Origin: the human T2T-CHM13v2.0 reference genome, Homo sapiens
Strand: one strand, 5' to 3'
NCBI RefSeq assembly: GCF_009914755.1
Contig: NC_060925.1
DNA length: 64,000 nucleotides
In this document: piece by piece, positions 35,571-48,363 of the stretch
Layout of the letters: each line of letters begins with the position of its first letter
Position numbering within the stretch: the first letter of the stretch is position 1
Program-made: the position numbers and the translations under genes
The notes under the pieces: generated by a model
Seen by the model: only the letters and a program-made list of their open reading frames with translations
The model's database searches: none
What the model was told of the DNA's origin: nothing

Positions 35571-35619
<49 letters not shown>

Positions 35620-37240
35620 CTTCCATACTCCTATAACAACGTATAGTATTTACTATACCTGGTGACAGGTATTTACTATACATTGTTGAAGATCTATAAC
35701 ATGGAATGCCTAGTGCTAAGTGCAGTGTCCTTAGTGAAATTGTATTGGTTTGGAATTATTTATGAGTTTGGGATTATTTGTCACTACCCTTAAATGATCT
35801 TGACACTCACCTATTTGAAAAGATATTGAGGATTTGCCATTTGATATTGACCAGGGTGTATTGTGCACAAATATTGTGAATATACATCTGTCTGTCCTTA
35901 AATCACTGTAAGTTTTAACTGGAATAGATTTGCTCCACATTACTCGGTAGGGCTGATATTTCATGCCTCATGGATGAGAAAAGAATAGGCAAAAATTATA
36001 TCTCGGGCTGCCTCACACATCTTTTAACAGGATAAGGGAAAAATAAATATAAGACCTATGAGTTATGGCATCAGGCTTGAACTTTAATTTATGAATTAAA
36101 CCAACAATATTATTGATTATTGCAATTATCTATCTTAATTTCATTTGTTCTCCTTTTAAAAATTAATTATGTTTATTTTACCTATTGTGAATAAAGTCAC
36201 TCCTCCCATGTGCTTATTTCTTGACTCTGGCACTAATTATTCTTCAGTGCCTAGATTTCCTGGGACTGCTCAGTTTAAGTAACTTCTGAACATTGGTCTC
36301 TGAGAGAAAAGACAGTGAAGTGGGATCTGTGGAAAAACACATCTGCAAATGTCTCATTTTTTTCTTCAGGGGTAAGTTTTCTTCCTTGGAGACTCTTGTC
36401 TTGAAAAAGTGATACTAGATCACCATTTGGCAAGATAATTACAAAAGGCAGATAGAGTAATTATTTTACATAGCTGTTATAGGGTGACTAAGATCTCAGG
36501 GAATGACTGTGTTCTGTAATCCACTTGCCCCACTCAATACCCCAAGTTTTATACAAGCCAAAGATGCTTGGAGCAGAATCTGCTACCTGAGGCTCCAGGG
36601 CCTTGGCCTAGGGAAACTAATACTTAACTTTTTAAGTGGTCATTGATGACATCCCACTCCTTTCTGAGATGGGTATGATTTGAAAGGCAGGTGTATTCAT
36701 GGAGAGCAGGGCTTGGGACCTTTGCTGCAAGAGGAGGAACTATTAGCCTAGACTTTTCTAATAAGGACTTTCTCATACCTGTTTCCTAGATCTGGTCCAC
36801 ATAGAAGAAATCAGGGAACACACAGGGTAGGACTCTTAAAGGAGTATGTTTCTTGGCTTTTTCCTAAAAACTAAAACAAAAACATTCATAGCAAAGCAGT
36901 TTAGCCCAGTGACTAAGAGTATAGACATTGGAATCTGAAAGATCTGGGTTGGAATTCTGCTTCAGCCATTTACTAATTATGTAACTTCACATCTCTGAGA
37001 ATGGGGGAAATTTTCTTTGCAGGGTTGTTACAAAGCTTAAAAGAGTTAAGTCAAGTGCCTGGAACAGAACAGCCATTCAATAAATCATAGAAATTTTTGT
37101 TTTTACACAAATTTTTAAAAAGTAATATTTTTTGCATTTGTTAGAAAGACTATATTTTCTGTTTAGTGGATGACATCATCATCATAAAAATCACTGTTAC
37201 AAGTTTTGTTTTGAGAATTAAAATCATATATTAATCCCAA
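34537..37240 (+). ncRNA. Candidate terminal exon of an antisense lncRNA (FLG-AS1 is known to span this locus)
   Basis: Strong acceptor ctccttgtggtctctcttcttag|GTG at 34536/34537 and ATTAAA at 37217-37222. Exon identity is inferred, not shown by the sequence. Confidence 0.3.
35572..35616. repeat. (CA)n microsatellite, ~22 units
   Basis: Direct reading. Confidence 0.97.
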
Positions 37241-38599
37241 TCACATTGTGTTGGGATTAATCAACATCTCTGGGCATCTAATACTGTAAAAACATGGCCT
37301 GTGATTGGTCTGCTTGGAAGTGCATCTTGGTTCTGGCTCAGTTGGCTAGTGGGCCACATTGATTAAAGATGAATACAATGCCAATAATCTTGATATTGTT
37401 TATGATGCTAATGATAATGATGCAAACTCTGCCTATGATGAAGATAGAATCCTCAGATCACACCCACTTACTTTTAGGGCAGCAGGTCAAAGCATAGTCC
37501 CTGAATTTGCCTGCGGGATACATAGATTCTCTCCTTCTTTCTAGTTCACTTAGTCTATGACTGATTCTCTGGGAGCAGGGGATTTATAGTATATTTATCC
37601 GGTTCTCCAATCCATAATCTTATTTGCTCTGGTTGCACTAGCCACTGTAAGCCTCTTCTTGGTTGTCTGTGGTTCTTAGTCACTTGATCCTCACTAGGAA
37701 GACTTACTTGTCTCAGATCTTAAATCTATGGAATCTTTTGGAGTTTTATAGATAGAATACATTTTCTGTTCCTTCTCTTTTATAAGGAGCCAGATTCCCA
37801 GTAGTTTTCAATGGATTGTAGATCTCCTGACTTCTCTACTTCCTGGCTCTTGCCTTCCTATCCTATAGAATTCCAACAGGGAGTAATAAATGGTTCCAGC
37901 TTGGTCTAAGTAGCAGGGAGACATTTGTTGACTGAAGGTCTTCTGTGAGTGGATACTCTGCAGCTTTAAAGCTTTCCTCTGCCTAAATGTAAAGTTGACA
38001 TATTAATTTCAGCTGTTTCTTTCTCCAGCCAGCTTCTCAAGGCTACTAGGAGCTGCAGTTCACCTGAAGCAAAGCCCAACCAAATTAGGTCTTTGTGTAA
38101 AGCCAGAGGCAAGTTGAGGCAGGTACATACCAGCCAAGTTTAGGACTTGCTTGCTGTAGGACTGGTTCCCTCACCTATTAGTTCCACAACCCAGCAATCT
38201 GGAGTCTAAGCTGAGCTGCTTGTCAAATGGGGTTGTGAGTCATAAGGCAGGCTGGATCTCTATTTTGAGAATGGTAGTTAAGGGAAGGCCCTTTAGATGT
38301 TAATTTAAATATAGATTCCGTGGCCCCTATCCTAAGAAACACAGAGGTTAGCTGTGGTTTGATCCACATCTCCACCAAACCCACTTTTCAACTTGAAAAG
38401 GGAGTCTCATATGCTTTAATTCTTACACCCAATAAATTTTCACAGGAGCTAATATGTGTTGGATCATTGGGAAAGGAGTAGGAGAAAAAGCATTAAATAT
38501 ACAAGTGCTCATTCTGTAGCAGCAATAATAGGAGAGATAACCCCCAGACCTTTTTGCTAAACACAAAAGATAAATAGTATGGTATAATGCAAAGGACAC

Positions 38600-39350
38600 T
38601 AGATATTTCTTAACTTCTTTTTTTCCCCTCATCCTCACAGGCAAACTGTTAGTAAATCCTACCAATTTTATCTTCAGATTATAATAAGAGTCTGCATACT
38701 TTATCATCTCCACTGCTACTATCCTGGTCAAACTGCCATCATTTGTTGCTGGTAGTACTAGCCTCCTGACTGACACAACTGCTTCTACTCTTAATACCCC
38801 ACAGCAGGGTGTCTAATCTTTTGGTTTCCCTGGGCCACGTTTGAAGAAGAATTGTCTTGGGCCACACATCAAATACACTAACCTTAAAGATAGCTTATGA
38901 GCTAAAAAAAAATAGCAAAAAAAAATCTTATATGGTTTTAAGAAAGTTTACGAATTTGTGTTGGGCTGCATTCAAAGCCATCCTAGGCTGCATGTGGCCT
39001 ATGGGCTGCAGGTTGGACAAGCTTGTTCTACAGTCTATTGTCAACTCAGTAGACAGTGAACATTTTAAAACAGGAGTCTGAGTCTGAGCATGTCACTCCT
39101 CTTCTTAACACCCTATAGTGGCTCCCATCTTGCTCAGAGTAAGCCACAGGCCAGAGAGGGACTAAATGATCTCTGATCTCATCTCTTGCTATTCCCCTTA
39201 CTCTCTCTGCTCTAGCCACACTGGCCTCCTTGATGTTCCACAAGCTTGCCAGATACATACTCACCTCAGAGTTTCCTCTCTCTGGAGTGTGCTGTCCCAG
39301 ATATTGCTTCCTTATCTCTTTTCAGTCTATACTCAGTTATTGCCTTCATG
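38600..39350 (+). mobile_element. L2 fragment (interrupted by MER30; its 3' end resumes at ~43890-44020 after an L1)
   Basis: L2 motifs catctccactgctactatcctggtc, catgtcactcctctt, tctagccacactggcctcctt; tail acctagagcagtgcctggcac...gttgaataagtgaataaat. Confidence 0.75.
38805..39025 (+). mobile_element. MER30 (hAT-Charlie MITE)
   Basis: cagggtgtctaatcttttggtttccctgggccac...ggttggacaagcttg. Confidence 0.88.
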
Positions 39351-40844
39351 ATTCTCTGGCCAAGATGGAGTAACGTGGATTGGATTTACCCTCCCACTTT
39401 TGTCACTTAAAATAAATAAAAAAAAGGTTTCCATCCACTGCACTACAGGAAAGATAAATGAAGGAAGCAATACAATTTTCCTAACTTAAAGCCTGGGGAA
39501 AGTTTCCAGGTCACAGCAGAGTAGAGGGAATCCAGGCAAGGTCACCTTATCAAGAGGACATTACAATTCTAAGAAAAACTGATAAAACTTCAAGAAGAAA
39601 TAGTCAATTATCATCAGAGATTTTAAAATCCATTTCTCAGTAATTGATAAAACAGAGATGGAAAATCAGTAATTATATAGAAGCATGAAGAACACTATCA
39701 ACTAATTTGACTTAATTGATATTTATAGAACACTCCACTCAACAACAGTGGAATATACTTCCTTTCAAGTGCACATGGAAGATTTATCAAGAAAAATTCT
39801 GAACCATAAAACAAGTATCAATAAATTAAAATTATTCAAATCCTACAAAGTATATTCTCTGATCACAATGAAATTATATTAGAAACAATAGAAGGGAATG
39901 TGGAAGCTAAAATATTTGGAAACCAAAACACACCTAAAAATGACTTATGGGCCAAAGAACAAATGAAAGAGGAAATTAGAAAGTATTTTGACTGAATAAA
40001 AATGAAAAAATGAACATATCAAAATTTGTGAGTTGCAGCTACAGCAATACTTAGAGGAAAATTTATAGCACTAAAATGTCTATATTAGAAAAGAAGAAAA
40101 GTCTTAAATCAATGAACTAAGCTCCTGTCATAAAAACCAGAAATAAATATGAGCAAATTTTGTCAAAAGTAAGAAGAAAAGAGATAATAAAGATAACAGA
40201 ATAAATCAGTGAAATAGGAAACAGAAAAATAATAGAAAACCAATTAAGGCAGAATGTGGTTCTTGGAGAAGATCCATAAAATTGAAAAACATTTAGATAG
40301 AGAGAGAGATGATACAAATTTCCAATATCAGGAATGAGAGAAGAAAAATCACAGTCTGCAGATTAAAAGGATAATGAGGGAATATTGTGAATAACTTTAG
40401 GCTGGTAATTTCAACAATTTAGATGACATGAACAAATTCCATGAAAGACACTAACTAGTAAAGCTTACTGAAAAAGAAACAGCTAACCTGAATAGCCTTA
40501 TATCTAATAAATAAGTTAAATGTGTAATTAAAAACTTTCTCACAAAGAAAACTCTAGGCCCAGATGGCTTCACTGGTGAATTTTACTAAACATTTAAGGA
40601 AGAAATGATACCAATTATACAGAAACTCTTCCAGAAAACTGAAGACGAGGGAATACTTCCCAACTCATTCTGAGAGCAACATTACCCTGATACTAAAATC
40701 AGACAGAGATTATAAGAAAACTATAGACCAATATTCCTCATGAAAATAGATACAAAAATTCTTAAAAAATTTTAGCAAACCACATTGAACAATGTATGAA
40801 AAACATATGTTATGACAAATGGGGTCTATCCTGGGAATGGCAGG

Positions 40845-41279
40845 TTGGAACCAACCCAAATGTCCAACAATGATAGACTGGATTAAGAAAATGTGGCACA
40901 TAGACACCATGGAATACTATGCAGCCATAAAAAATGATGAGTTATGCAGCCATAAAAAATCATGTCCTTTGTAGGAACATGGATGAAGCTGGAAACCATC
41001 ATTCTCAGCAAACTATCGCAAGGACAAAAAACCAAACACCACATGTTCTCACTCATAGGTGGAGATTGAACAATGAGAACACATGGACACAGGAAGGGGA
41101 ACATCACACACCGGGGCCTGTTGCGGGGTGGGGGGAGGGAGGAGGGATAGCATTAGGAGATATACCTAATGTTAAATGACGAGTTAATGGGTGCAGCACA
41201 CCAACATGGCACATGTATACATATGTAACAAACCTGCACGTTGGGCACATGTACCCTAAAAATTAAAGTAAAAAAAAAA
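40845..41279 (+). mobile_element. 5'-truncated L1PA 3' end inserted in the older L1M
   Basis: ttggaaccaacccaaatgtccaacaatgatagactgg...ggggaggga-ggagggatagcattaggagatatacctaatg...poly(A). Confidence 0.92.
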
Positions 41280-41503
41280 TCATCATATCAAACTAAAGAA
41301 GACAAACTCTACTATCATCTCGATAGATGCAGAAAAGGCATTTGATAAATGTCAACATCCATTTGTAGTAACAGAATCTCTTAGCTAAATAGAAATTAAA
41401 GGGAACTTTCTCAACCTGATAATGGGCATCGACAAAATTCCTATAGCTAGCATCTTATCTAATGTTGAAAGACTGAATGGTTTACCTCTAAAATTAGGAG
41501 CAT

Positions 41504-41828
41504 GGACCAGGTGCAATGGCTTACGCGTGTAGTCAGCATTTTGGGAGGCTGAGGCAGGAGATCACTTGAGGTCAGGAGTTTGAGACCAGCCTGGGTAACA
41601 CAGCAAGACCCTGCCTCTACAAAAAATAAATGGATTAGTCAGGTGTGGTGGCATGTGCCTGTAGCTACTCAGGAGGCTGATGTGGGAGGATCGCTTGAGC
41701 CCCAGAGGGGCCAAGGCTACAGTGAGCCATGATTGCACCACTACACTCCAGCCTGGGAAACAGAGTGAGACCCTGTCTCAAAAATAAATAAATAAATAAA
41801 ATAAAATAAAATAAAATAAAATAAAAAA
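41504..41828 (+). mobile_element. AluJ with (TAAAA)n tail
   Basis: ggaccaggtgcaatggcttacgc...gagaccctgtctcaaaa. Confidence 0.9.
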
Positions 41829-44800
41829 GATTGGGAACATAAATTTCCTTGCTCATACTCAGCATCATAGTGGAGATCCTAGTCAGTGCAATGAGACTAT
41901 AGGTTAGAAAGGAAGAGGTAAAACTCTCTTTATTTGCAGGTGACATAATTGTCAATGTAGAAAATAACAAAGAAATGTAATAAACACATGCAAAAACTGC
42001 TAGAACTAATAAGCGAGTTTATTTAAGTCACAGTACATAAGGTCAGCATACAAAAGAATTAATAATATTTCCATATACGATCAATAAACAATTGGAAATT
42101 AAAAGTACTATGTATAATAACATCCAAACCATAAAGTATTTAGGTATAATTCTTAGAAACATATGCAATATATATGTACTGAAAACTACAAAGCACTGAT
42201 GTGAGAAACCAAAGAAAAAAACTGAATAAATGAAGAGTCATCCTTGTTCATGGACTAGAAGACTTAATATAATTAAGTTGTCAATTTCCCCCAATTATTA
42301 GAAATGCAACAACATCCTAATAAAAATTCTAATGGTCTTTTTCTTTAATGGTCTGTTTTATATTAATGGGCAAACTGATTCTAAGATTTAAAGGGAAAGG
42401 GAAAGGAACTGGAATAGCCAAAACAACATAAGAAAACAGAATCGGAAGACTCACACTGGTTGTCTTTAAGACTTAGTATAAAGCTGCAGTAATCGAGAAA
42501 GTGTTTCATTAGCAAAGTTTAGTCACTTAGAACAATGGAATAAAGTTCATAAATAGACCCATGCTGATATGTTCAGGTAATTTTCAACAGATGTACAAAG
42601 GCACTAATTGGGGAATGATAATCTTTTCAACATACGGAACTGGAACAATTGGATAGCCATATGCCAGAAAGAGAGAGAGAGAGGGAGACAGAAGGAGAGA
42701 GAGAGAGAGAACAAAAAGAATGAAAAAGAGCTTTGTTCCATATTTTGCACCGTATACAAAAATTACCTTAAAATGAATCGTAGACCTAAATGTCAAACCT
42801 CAATGAATAAAATATGATTAGAAGAAAACATAGGAAAAAATCTTTGGGACCTTGAGCTATACAAGGTTTCTGAGATTGATTTCTTAGATTTGACATTGAA
42901 AGCACAATTCATAAAAGAATAAAAAATTGAAAAATCGAACATCATAAAAATTTAGAATTTCTTTGAAAGATACTATTATGAGGATGATAAAATAAGCCAC
43001 AGATTGGGATATTTGCAAATCACGTATCTGTTAAAAGGCTTGTATCCAGAATATATTAAGAACTCTTAAAACTCAATAACGAGAAAATAAACAACTCAAT
43101 GAATAAATGGGCAAAAAATTCGAATAGACATTTCACCAAAGAAGATATATTAATGTTAAATGTGCATGTTCAACATCACTGGTCCTTAGGAAAATGAAAA
43201 TTAAAACTGCAATGAGATGCCACTACATACCTATTAGGATAACTCTTAAAAAGTTATTGCACTAGCAAAATTAAGTGCTGGCTAGGATGCAGAGCAATGG
43301 AAATCTGGGAATGAAAAATGGTACAGTTACTTTGGAAAACTGACAGTTTTCTTATAAAAGTAAATATACACTTACCATCTGACCTAGCAATCTCACTCCT
43401 AGATGTTTACCCAAGTGCAGTGAAAACATATTCACAAAAAAATCTGCATGCAAATATTTATAGAAGCTTTACTTACATAACTGGAAACAACCCACATGTT
43501 CTTCGCCTGGTAAATGGAGAAACAAAAATTGTAGTATATTCATAGTTACATGCAACAAAATTGATGAACCTCAAATGCATTATGCTAAGTGAAGAGTCAG
43601 GCTTACAAGGTGCATTTTGCACAATTCCACTTCTACAACATTCTGGAAAAGGCAAAGCTACAGGGACAGAAAACAGGTCAGTGGTTACCAGAACCTGGGA
43701 CTGAGGAAAGAATTTGGCTATGAAGGAACATTGTGGCAGTTTTGGGGGTTATAGAACTGTTCTATATCTTGATATGGCTCTTCGCATTTGTCAAAGCTTG
43801 CAGAACTGTACACCAGAGATAAAATTTAATCTGTGTAAATGCCATCTTAGTAAAAACTTAAAGGTAAATTTAAAAATATTACTTTTATAACTAGCATATA
43901 CATTCTATGAGGCTTGGTCTGTTTCATTTACTGCTATATTCCAAATACCTAGAGCAGTGCCTGGCACAATGTAGATACTCAAAATATGTGTTGAATAAGT
44001 GAATAAATAAATGACTGATTGATTTGTTATCAGGAGATCTAAGTTTTACTTCTACCCCTTTTTGGTTGTCTTCCCTGGATAAATCACATAACTGTCTTCA
44101 CTCAGCTACCTCATCTGTAAAATGAGATGGTAATATCTCTCTCACTTATCGCAAAGGGCTATTGTGAAGATAAAATGAGAACAAAATTATAAAACCTTGT
44201 TATAAACTCTATAGTACTATATGAATTAATATTATCACCCTTATTGTTATTTTGTTAAAATTCCCACAATCTTTGATTTTTTTTGACTTCACAATTCTTT
44301 TTTCTCCACTTATGTAATATTTATGGTCCCACACATATGATTTAGCTTCTAGCCTTAGATTGATTTAATTATTTAAAACGTGAAATGTTTTGTCAACCTA
44401 ACTGGACTTTAATTTGAGAGACAAGAAACTAGAATTCTATATTGTATTCCTTAAATTCTTCCTAATAAATGATTTTATTCTTTTGTTCATTCAATGAACA
44501 GATCAGTCTACGCAAATGTGTTTGGGTGCAATGTACCTGGCAATTTCATGGGGCAGTCGGGAGGACAGTGTGGCTGAAGCACAGTGAGTGAGAGGGTGAG
44601 TACTTAAAACGTGTGGTCCAGATCCTTAGGCCTTCTGATTTGGGCTTTTACCTTAAGGGAGGTGGAGAGTCACTGTCAGGATTAGAATAGGGGAGTGCTC
44701 TGATTTCCTTTTCAAAAGTTCCACTCTACCCTCATGTTGAGAATAGACTGAGAAGGGTCAAGAGAAGAATTGCAGAGATCAATTATGAAGCTTTGCAATA

Positions 44801-45779
44801 ATGCATACAAGAGATGATTTGCTAAATATATAGTTATGATCAAATTTATTCTTATTTACATAAAGAAAGATAGTAGGAAAAATCTTCTGTTAAAGCATAT
44901 GTTCTTAGGCTTTGAAAATATGGTCATTTTACCACATCACCTACATATCTAACATGGTAGATATATAATAAATGCTGAAGCGATGATTATTAGTTGCTAG
45001 ATTTGAAATCTTGTATTAAGGGGATTAAAAGTTGTACAATCCTTCTCAAAGAGTCTAAGATCATCTAGTTTTGCTCTTTGGGCCTGTTGGTAGGGACACA
45101 CCTGGGACCTTTTCCAGCTGGAAGTTTTCATTGTGATATGGTCAAGTCATGTGACATAACTGCCTAGGGCTGCTGTAGCACAAATGCCTTCCCCGCGTTC
45201 TAGTTTTGCTATGTTGCATGTTACTAACACCAGTCATGAGCACTCGGCTCAGCACACAGCCAAGAGCTGGCCTCCAGACACTTCTGTGGATGTGCCAGTA
45301 TTCATTCTGGCTATCAGCACAGGGCAGGCCCCTGTAGGGTAGGATACAACAGGATTGGATTCTCCACTATCAATTGCTTTTAGTGTCTGGGAAATATTAT
45401 TTATTAAGAAAATTCAGGCTTTTAGGGTGGGAGGGAGGGCTTCACCAGAATTGAGTTTTCCTTAGTTAAGAGCAAAAGTTCTCAAGTGGACTAGATTTGG
45501 ATTTGATTCTCCTTTTTACTACCCAGCTGTGTCTCCTTGGGAAAGTGATTGAGTCTCCCTGACCCCAACTTTCCTCAAGTGTAAAATTGAGGTTGATTCA
45601 TTCAATTACTCACAGAAAATGTATTTATTAAACATGAGCTAGGCATTGTGCTAGGTGCTGGGAATAGTGTGGTGAGCAAGTTGATAGGATCTTTGCCTTA
45701 AGAGCATTTATCATCTAAGGGATAGTAATAATAAATACCTTCTAGTGTTATCCTAAAGGTTAAATAAGAACATACGTGC

Positions 45780-46270
45780 GTAGTGGATACCTTGGGTCAT
45801 TTTCCCTACTATCTTTTCTGGGGACTACTGTTCCCTTCCAAGCCCTCACTACAATTATTTGGTCCAGGTTATTCAAGCTAGGGCACCTGATTCAAGCTGG
45901 ATAATGAATACCTTCCCTTAGAATTCAGAATTAGCACTAAGTGATTCCCCCTCTTAATCTCTGCCTGGTGCCTTGAATGGAGGAGATACTACTCCGGAAG
46001 TAGTAACACCTATGTGAATGGGCATGTGGATTGAGAGGGAGGAAGAAGCAATCTTTCACAAGGGAGAATAAGGAAGAAGGAAATGAGGCAAAGAGAAGAC
46101 TGGAGCCAAGTGTCCTTATGGCATGGTCCTCCCTGGCTCTAGTCCCCTGCTTAAACACACTTGCATCCCTGCACTTGAGTTTTGTGAGATACCCCTGTGT
46201 CCTTATCTATGTAGTAGTTATGCTTAAATGAACTCAAACTAGTATCTGTTATACAAAACCAAAATCTCCA
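45780..46270 (+). mobile_element. MaLR (MLT1-type) LTR remnant
   Basis: tgtagtggatacc... start and ...tatctgttatacaaaaccaaaa end; highly diverged. Confidence 0.4.
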
Positions 46271-48363
46271 ACATCAAGGCTCTCAATAAGTAAGAGCTAT
46301 TATAATTATTGTGAATAAACATACAACTTTCATATTTCTTTCATCTCCATAGAATATGGAGAAAGTAACTATCTGACTATCTCTCCATTATGATATGACC
46401 CCAAGTTTTGGACCATGCCTTGGAGAGCTCCATCTGGATATTTCATGGAAATATCAAATCTATCAAAATATCAAAAAATCTAGCATGTCCCAAACTGAAA
46501 TTTCCTATCTTAGTCAACTCACTTAGCTTCCTGTAATTTTATCTTCAGGCATTAAAACTACTCAACCAGTTGCTCCAAATTCTGGGAGGTAGCTTAGATT
46601 TCTTCTGCTTCTTTTTTTCCCACATTAAGCCGTTCAACAAATTGTGTAGATTTTGCGTTGTGAACACTTTGTGAACTCTTCCTCCTGACTTTATTCCTAT
46701 AGTTTAGGTCCTCATCATCTCTCTCTGAACCTATTTCCCCTGGTTTCTTATCAATTGCTTTTCTTTCATAAGCTATGATTATTAAATGATTTCTCACTAC
46801 ATGCAGAGTTGAATTTTTAAAATAAAGTAGCATAGAAAACATTTCATCTAGCCTCAGTTTTCTACTCTGATATTGTCTTACTCAACTCCCAGATCCCTGT
46901 CTTGGAAGATACACTAGTATCACACCCCTTTATAATTCTCTAAATGCACAGTGCAGTTTCACACCTTTGCACTTTTGTATGGCTGTTTTTTTTTTTTTGC
47001 CTAAAATAATCTCCTTCTTCTATCTATCTGAAAACTTATTTATCTAAGTCCTGTTCAAATTGCCAATTGCTCTGTGAAGCCTTTCTTGATGCCTTCTCTT
47101 TCTCAGAGAAACTGCTCTTTTCTTTATCTGCTCACCTTGTGCATACTCATATTGTTTCTCTAATCACACTAAAGTGTAATATTTTTCATTTCATGTCCTC
47201 TAGACTATTTCTTTACAGTAGGGACATGTCTTATTTTTCATGGCATTTCAACACATAAATGTACCTGACAAGCCTACATTAAAATATTCTTATTAGCCCA
47301 TTTTTTGAAGAAAATAGATGGAATGACAATAAGAGAACAACTGGGGGGAGAAGTCAGATTTTAGTGATGAGACAATAAAGTTATTGTTACAGATAAACCT
47401 TGATTTATTGTACTGTATTGTGCTTCACAGATATTGCATTTTTTGCAAATGGAAGGTTTGTAGCAACCTTGTGTTGAGCAAGTCTGTCAGCACCATGTTT
47501 TCCAAAAGCATGCACTCACTTTGTGTCTCTGTGTTACATTTTGGTAATTCTTTCAATATTTCAAACTTTTTCATTATTATTGTATCTGTTATGATGATCT
47601 GTAATGAGTGGCCTTTGATGTTACTATTGTAATTGTTTTGGAGTGCCACAAACCACACCCATACAAGATGGCAAAATTAATAAATGCTGGTTGTGTTCTG
47701 ACTGTTCCTCCAACTGGCCAGTCCCCCATCTCTCCCTCTCATCAGGACTCCTTATTCTCTGAGACACCATAATATTGAAATTATGCCAATTAATAACTTG
47801 GAAAATGGCCTGTAAGTGTTCAAGTGAAAGGAACAATCTCACATCCCTCATTTTAAATGAAAAGCTAGAGATGATTAAGTTTAGTGAAGAAGGCACATCA
47901 AAAGCCAAGATAGGCCAAAAGCTAGGCCTCTTGTGCCAGACAGTTTGCCAAGCTGTGAATGCAAAGAAAAAGTTCTTGAAGGACATTAAAAAGTGTAACT
48001 CCAGTGAACACATGAACAATAAGAAAGTGAAACAGCCTTATTGCTGCTATAGAGAAAGTTTTAGTGGTCTGAATAGAAGATCAAATCAGCCACAACATTC
48101 CCTTAAGCCAAAGCCTAATCCAGAACAAGGCCCTAAATCTCTTCAATTCTGTGAAGGTTGAGAGGGATGAGAAAGCTGCAGAAGAAAACTTTGAAGCTAG
48201 CAGAGGATGGTTCATGAGGTTTAGGGACTTTCATAGCTAAAGCGGAGAAGTCAATGCCTGGCTTCAAAGTTTCAAAGTACAGGCTGACTCTCTCATTAGG
48301 TACTAATGCAGCTGGTGACTTTAAGTAGAGGCCGATGCTCATTTACCATTTTGAATATCCTAG

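Larger units (their letters stand above)
39352..43875 (+). mobile_element. Old L1M (L1MC/MD-like), long ORF2-3'UTR remnant with internal deletions
   Basis: ORF2 motifs (ggcccagatggcttcactggtgaatt, gatagatgcagaaaaggcatttgataaa, aatagacatttcaccaaagaagatat) and a 3'UTR ending ~43870. Confidence 0.85.

Noticed and set aside
37359-37544. Asp/Asn-rich 61-aa ORF
   Set aside because: TTG start and low-complexity GAT/AAT tract; no recognisable domain.
47775-48161. 128-aa ORF as a domesticated transposase
   Set aside because: Frameshifted Tigger1 fragment, internally deleted and split by ERV and L1 insertions.
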